Origin: Clostridium sp. CAG:762
Lineage (GTDB): Bacteria; Bacillota_I; Bacilli_A; RF39; UBA660
DNA length: 64,000 bases
Reading direction: 5' to 3'
Assembly: GCA_000432575.1 (NCBI GenBank)
Contig: HF996836.1
Span: 4,314 to 68,313 of the forward strand
In this document: one piece after another, positions 59,493-64,000 of the stretch
How positions within the stretch are numbered: the first letter of the stretch is position 1
Layout: the number at the start of each line of letters is the position of its first letter
The notes under the pieces: model-generated
Told to the model about the DNA's origin: nothing
Databases searched by the model: none
What the model saw: the letters and a program-made list of their open reading frames with translations, nothing else
Made by a program: the position numbers and the translations under genes

Positions 59493-59789
59493 ATTAAATT
59501 CCCTCCTTCAAATAACATCTAGTATATTATAACAAATTATTTGTAAAATTCAAAGTTTTTTTAGTTAAAAAAAGATAGAATTGCTATTTTTATTTAGTAT
59601 TTCTAACTTTTTTGTGTCTTTATATGCTATTTTATTAAATATTTATGTGTTTTATGCTATACTTTTATAATTTTTGGTGTTAATTATGATGAGAGTTGTT
59701 TTAACTGGAACATGAAAGTATTTACTTAGTTACTATTGCAATACTTTTTTAATATATTTTTTTAAGAACTAAAATGCGATGGCCAAAGC

Positions 59790-60887
59790 TTATGAAATTC
59801 TTTTAAATTTAGTAAATCCTGATATAAAGATACCTACTATACATATATATAACATGGTTTTTAAATTGAAATTGAAGATAAATAGGATCAGGCAGATAAG
59901 TCCTCTTATAAAACAAAAGATAAATTCGGCAATGATGAGGTATGATGCTACTTCTTTATTTATTCCCTCATAATAGATGTTTTCTAAGGATACGGTTTCA
60001 TACATTTTGGTAAATAATCCTTCAAAGAAGGCTATAATTAATAAGATTATTTTATTGGTTATGTTTATTTTGAAGATTAAGATGATTGAAAATATGCTAG
60101 TTAATAGTAAGAAGTATTTGTTTTGATTTATTTTTCTTACAAAGAAGTATACAAATATTATTGAGGCTAATGATGTTAGGATATTAAAGATACCAATATA
60201 TTCTAAGTTGTTTTTGACATAGATATATAGATATAATGGTTGTAATGATAGGAATATTACTTTGAATTGTTCTAGAAAAAAGAATGTTGTGTTTCTATTT
60301 TTCATTTTTTTGATGGTTTCTTTGTAATTTATTTGGTAGTCATATGTATTATTTTTTATTTGTAATAATGGTATGATGCTTAGAAGAGATATAAATATGG
60401 TAATTAGTACTACTGTTATTAAGCCACATGTGTTGGTTAGATAGGCTCCAAAATATGATGATAACATGATGGCTAGGTATGTGCAGATTAGAATGTTTCC
60501 TACTTTTTTATTATTTTCTTTTCTATTTAATACTTTTAGGGCAAAGTAATGTCTTAGGCTATGATATGTGTAACTACTTATGGCAAAAAGGATGCTATAT
60601 ATGATTAGGTTATCTATGGTGTTGGGCATTATTGATAGGTAGTAAAATGTTATTCCAAACATGATTCCTGAAAATACTAAGATGTATTTAGGATTTATGG
60701 CCTTTGTTAAAGTTAATGATATATAATTAACAAAGATGCCTACAAAATATATGAGGAAATAAAATAGTAAGATGTTTCTAATGCTATAACCCATTTTATA
60801 AAGTAATACTGCAGAAAAAACTTCAATTATATTTCTTGCTATTGTTGATATGAAGATAAAGATATTATACTTTTTTGTGTTTTGCAT
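59790..60887 (-). CDS. Polytopic membrane protein (about 10 TM), hypothetical
   Basis: 365 aa, highly hydrophobic. No family recognised. Confidence 0.4.
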   Translation of the reverse strand: MQNTKKYNIFIFISTIARNIIEVFSAVLLYKMGYSIRNILLFYFLIYFVGIFVNYISLTLTKAINPKYILVFSGIMFGITFYYLSIMPNTIDNLIIYSILFAISSYTYHSLRHYFALKVLNRKENNKKVGNILICTYLAIMLSSYFGAYLTNTCGLITVVLITIFISLLSIIPLLQIKNNTYDYQINYKETIKKMKNRNTTFFFLEQFKVIFLSLQPLYLYIYVKNNLEYIGIFNILTSLASIIFVYFFVRKINQNKYFLLLTSIFSIILIFKINITNKIILLIIAFFEGLFTKMYETVSLENIYYEGINKEVASYLIIAEFIFCFIRGLICLILFIFNFNLKTMLYICIVGIFISGFTKFKRIS

Positions 60888-60946
60888 AAACTCACCTTTA
60901 TTATTATGAGGAATTTATGATAAAATAATACATGTGGTGATTATTT

Positions 60947-62392
60947 ATGCTATATAATGATAATAAAAGATACTATACTTTGAATAATTATTTGCAGGCT
61001 AAGTTTGGTTGTAAGGTGTTTAAAGTTAGTTTAAATGCAGGTTTTACTTGTCCTAATATTGATGGTAAGGTTGGTTATGGTGGTTGTATTTATTGTAAGA
61101 ATGGTAGTAAGAGTTATGGTAGTGATATAAATGATTTGGTGGCTCAGTTTAATAAGGTCAAGGATAAGGTTAGTAAGAAGTGGCCTAATAGTAAATATAT
61201 TGCTTATTTTCAAGCTAATACTAATACTTATGCTAGCGTTGATGTTTTAAGGGAAAAGTATGAGGCTGTTCTTAGTTTACCTGATGTAGTTGGTATTTCT
61301 ATCGCAACTAGAAGTGATTCTATCAGTGAGGATGTGCTTCCTTATTTGGAGGAATTGAATAAGAGAACTTTTTTGATTGTTGAACTCGGGCTTCAATCTA
61401 GTAATGAGAAGACGGGGATGTTAATTAATAGGTGTCATGATTTGAAATGTTTTGATGATATGGTTATTAAACTTAAAAAAAGAGGAATTAATGTTGTTGT
61501 TCATATTATCAATGGACTTCCTTATGAAACAAGAGATGATATGTTAGAAACGGTAAGGCATTTGAATGGTTTAAATATTGATGGAATTAAGATTCATATG
61601 TTGAATATTGTAAGGGGTACTAAGATTGCTAAGATGTATGAGGAGGAAAAGTTTAAGACTTTAAGTAAGGAGGAATACGTTAATATTACTTGTGATCAGT
61701 TGGAGATTTTAAATAGTAATGTTGTGGTTCATAGATTAACTTCTGATCCGGATAAGGATGAGTTAATTGAACCAATGTGGTTAGTTAAGAAATTTGGAGT
61801 TTTGAATGATATTGATAAGTGTTTAAAGAAAAGACATACTTATCAAGGGTTTAATAGTAATATTTTGAATAAGTTTAGGCAGATATTAGATTTGGGTGTT
61901 AAGCAGAATGATATTGTAGTTGATGCTACGGTAGGTAATGGTAATGATACTTTGTATTTGGCTAATTTAGTTAAGAATGGTTTTGTATTTGGTTTTGATG
62001 TTCAAGGTTGTGCGATAGATAGAACTTTGAAGTTACTTAAGGAAAATGATGTTTCTAATTATAGATTATATAATACTAGTCATGAGAATATTGATAAGGT
62101 TTTATGTGATTATAAGGGGAAGATTTCTTCTATTGTTTATAATTTGGGATATTTACCTAATGGTGATAAGTCTATTACGACAAGATGTGATTCGACAATT
62201 AAGAGTATTTGTAATGGGATTAAGTTGCTTAATAATAAGGGTTTTATTTTAGTCGTAGTTTATCCTCATGCGGAGGGTATTAAGGAAGGGATGGCTTTAA
62301 GAAATTTAAAGATAGATGGATATAAAGTGATTGAATATCATAATACGGATAAGGTGGATAGCCCCTATATGGTGGAAATAAAAAAGGCTTAG
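60947..62392 (+). CDS. TIGR01212-family radical SAM protein (YtqA-like) fused to a C-terminal class I SAM-dependent rRNA-methylase-like domain (YtqB-like)
   Basis: N-terminal about 300 aa carry a CPNIDG..GGCIYC cluster motif and the TIGR01212 pattern. C-terminal about 170 aa carry VVDATVGNGNDT (SAM-binding) as in YtqB-type methylases. Confidence 0.6.
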   Translation: MLYNDNKRYYTLNNYLQAKFGCKVFKVSLNAGFTCPNIDGKVGYGGCIYCKNGSKSYGSDINDLVAQFNKVKDKVSKKWPNSKYIAYFQANTNTYASVDVLREKYEAVLSLPDVVGISIATRSDSISEDVLPYLEELNKRTFLIVELGLQSSNEKTGMLINRCHDLKCFDDMVIKLKKRGINVVVHIINGLPYETRDDMLETVRHLNGLNIDGIKIHMLNIVRGTKIAKMYEEEKFKTLSKEEYVNITCDQLEILNSNVVVHRLTSDPDKDELIEPMWLVKKFGVLNDIDKCLKKRHTYQGFNSNILNKFRQILDLGVKQNDIVVDATVGNGNDTLYLANLVKNGFVFGFDVQGCAIDRTLKLLKENDVSNYRLYNTSHENIDKVLCDYKGKISSIVYNLGYLPNGDKSITTRCDSTIKSICNGIKLLNNKGFILVVVYPHAEGIKEGMALRNLKIDGYKVIEYHNTDKVDSPYMVEIKKA

Positions 62393-64000
62393 TTTAAAAA
62401 TTCTAAGTCTTTTTGTTCTTCTAACATGACATAATCGGCATATGTTTTGTAACAGATATCATTATAAGGACAAAATTTGCAACCAATGTAGTCATCTTTT
62501 ATTACTTTGGGATTAATTTTGAAGTCAGCGTTTTCTATGGAAGTGATGGATGCTTCTATGTTGTTTTTGCATAGGTCTATTAATTTATCTATTTGGTTAG
62601 TGTTAAGAAGTTTAGCATGTTTAGAAAAACCATTTGATGTTAGTTTTAAGGATTTTATTATTCTGCTATTTTGATATGTTTTATCAAATTTTTCTAATAT
62701 TTCAGGGTTTGAATTGGAATATCCTATTAATTTAAGAGTTTCGTTTTTTTGTTCTTCTTTGGTTTTGCCTTCTTTGAAGTTTAATTCACTGTTTAATATT
62801 TTTTGGTAATAGAAACCTGATACTTCAATTTCTTTTAAGTCCCCTTTTTCTTTTAATAGGTAAAGGTACATTGGTAGTTGCATGTTGATGCCATAGATGG
62901 TGTTATTTAGGTTAATGTCGGGGTTGCCCGTTTTGTAGTCTATGACTACTAGGTATGTGTGGTTGTTTTCTTCTTTGTACATGACTTTGTCGATAATGCC
63001 CGTGATGGTTACGTTCATTTTACCTTCGATGTTTAGGGATATTTTTTCTTCGCAGTTGATTTTGTCAAAGGTCGTATAGTCAAGGCTTTCTTTGATGTAA
63101 GTGATTATGTAAAGCAATTCTTGTTTTAGTTTGGTGATAAAGATTTGTTCTTTTTTGGTAAGGGGGTCATGGGTGTTTATATAGTTTTCAAAGGATGTAT
63201 CATAATCAAAGTCATCTTGAAAGCAGATTGAGAGAATGTAATGAAATAGATTACCGATGTAGAGGTCAAATGTTTTTTCTTTACTTGATAATTTTAGAAT
63301 GTTTTCTATGTAGTAACGGAATGAGCATTTGTAATAATTATTTAGGGATGAGTATGATAGATATAGTTTGTTATGGAGGTATGAATAAAGAGAGGTTTTG
63401 TCGATGGTATGATAGGTGTTATCATAAGTAAGGTAAGGGATACTCGGGTATGTGTTGTACAGAGTGTCTAGGGAGTTATTTTTTATTTTGTAGCTATTGT
63501 AGTCATCTAATTTTGAAGCTAAGGAGATTTTGTTGTATAGGTTGGAATAAGTGTATTTTAGTTCATGAGTAGTGATTGGTATCATTTGTAATTCTTCTTC
63601 TAAAGGAGATTTGAAGTAGTTTATTTGGTTGTTTTTAGTGGAGTATGAAAGGTTGAGGTTGTTTATCTCATTTAGTTTGTTAATGAGATGGGTTTTATTT
63701 ATTTTATTGTATTCATAACTTGTGGTTAGTCCTACTTCTTTTTTTAAGGTATCTGGGAGGTAGTCGATGTCCTTGGTAATATTGGGATAATTGTTACTAT
63801 TAAAACCTAAAATGAAGATGTAATCTGTTTCTTTAAATGTGTTGTTTAGAGTGGCAATGTTGATGGCATTTTTTAGTTTTTTTGGGGTTATGGTTTTGGT
63901 TTTTAGTTGTTCTTCTAGGATGGTGATTATGTCTTCAATTTTATTTAGGTTTATTTTGTTAATGATATTTATCATAGTGTTATAGATGTTTAGGGTTTCT
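62389..64000 (-). CDS. AddB/RexB-like PD-(D/E)XK nuclease domain protein, C-terminal portion (gene probably continues beyond the right window edge)
   Basis: C-terminal GCKFCPYNDICYKT Fe-S/nuclease motif as in AddB. The ORF is open to the window end. Confidence 0.5.
   Translation of the reverse strand, partial: ETLNIYNTMINIINKINLNKIEDIITILEEQLKTKTITPKKLKNAINIATLNNTFKETDYIFILGFNSNNYPNITKDIDYLPDTLKKEVGLTTSYEYNKINKTHLINKLNEINNLNLSYSTKNNQINYFKSPLEEELQMIPITTHELKYTYSNLYNKISLASKLDDYNSYKIKNNSLDTLYNTYPSIPYLTYDNTYHTIDKTSLYSYLHNKLYLSYSSLNNYYKCSFRYYIENILKLSSKEKTFDLYIGNLFHYILSICFQDDFDYDTSFENYINTHDPLTKKEQIFITKLKQELLYIITYIKESLDYTTFDKINCEEKISLNIEGKMNVTITGIIDKVMYKEENNHTYLVVIDYKTGNPDINLNNTIYGINMQLPMYLYLLKEKGDLKEIEVSGFYYQKILNSELNFKEGKTKEEQKNETLKLIGYSNSNPEILEKFDKTYQNSRIIKSLKLTSNGFSKHAKLLNTNQIDKLIDLCKNNIEASITSIENADFKINPKVIKDDYIGCKFCPYNDICYKTYADYVMLEEQKDLEFLN

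Noticed and set aside
59600-59690. Promoter-like TGCTAT-N5-TATAAT elements in the 300-bp gap upstream of rpmG, resembling the reverse of the 30-bp repeat
   Set aside because: They point away from rpmG toward a minus-strand membrane-protein gene. This is only partial similarity to the repeat, so it is left unannotated.

Overview
This 64 kb window is AT-rich (roughly 25-30% GC), and the genes read as chromosomal DNA from a low-GC, apparently endospore-forming Firmicute (Clostridia or Erysipelotrichia-like). About 80% of genes are on the minus strand. The recognisable core genes, all on the minus strand, are a partial tpiA, pgk, tRNA-Thr(CGU), tRNA-Ser(GCU), an LtaS-type LTA synthase, the heat-shock operon hrcA-grpE-dnaK-[pepF]-dnaJ with a canonical CIRCE operator and sigmaA promoter, class-3 fbp, psd, uvrA, mrnC-rlmB-sigH, a ylbD/ylbE/ylbF-rsmD block, murD, trmB, uvrB, two signal peptidase I genes, a class B PBP, rplS, yebC, efp, rpmG and a partial addB/rexB-like nuclease at the right edge. 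Sporulation-associated content comprises a SigG-like sigma factor, YlmC/YmxH, a GerQ-like coat protein, a SpoIIM-like protein, a BclA-like collagen-repeat protein and an orphan membrane histidine kinase with tandem Spo0A boxes upstream. The accessory or unusual content is listed here. (1) Three tandem full-length sigma-70 (SigA-like) paralogs, each with a G6-G7 homopolymer in its ribosome-binding site. (2) A sortase B plus vWA/MIDAS surface-protein locus with a non-canonical IPKTG sorting signal, preceded by a small ORF carrying a coding G7 tract. (3) A dispersed, highly conserved ~30 bp intergenic repeat, TTTTAGAATTATAACAGCATAGCAAAAGT, present in 8 copies in both orientations. (4) A second short shared motif, ACACCCGT-containing, upstream of the kinase and of the sortase locus. 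(5) A compact SPASM radical SAM protein apparently co-transcribed with uvrB. (6) A glycosyltransferase plus flippase-like pair inserted between pgk and tpiA. (7) A histidine kinase whose N-terminal membrane domain is split by a single in-frame TAA. No CRISPR array, rRNA, IS element or prophage is visible. All calls come from reading the sequence and recalling protein-family signatures; no database search was run.
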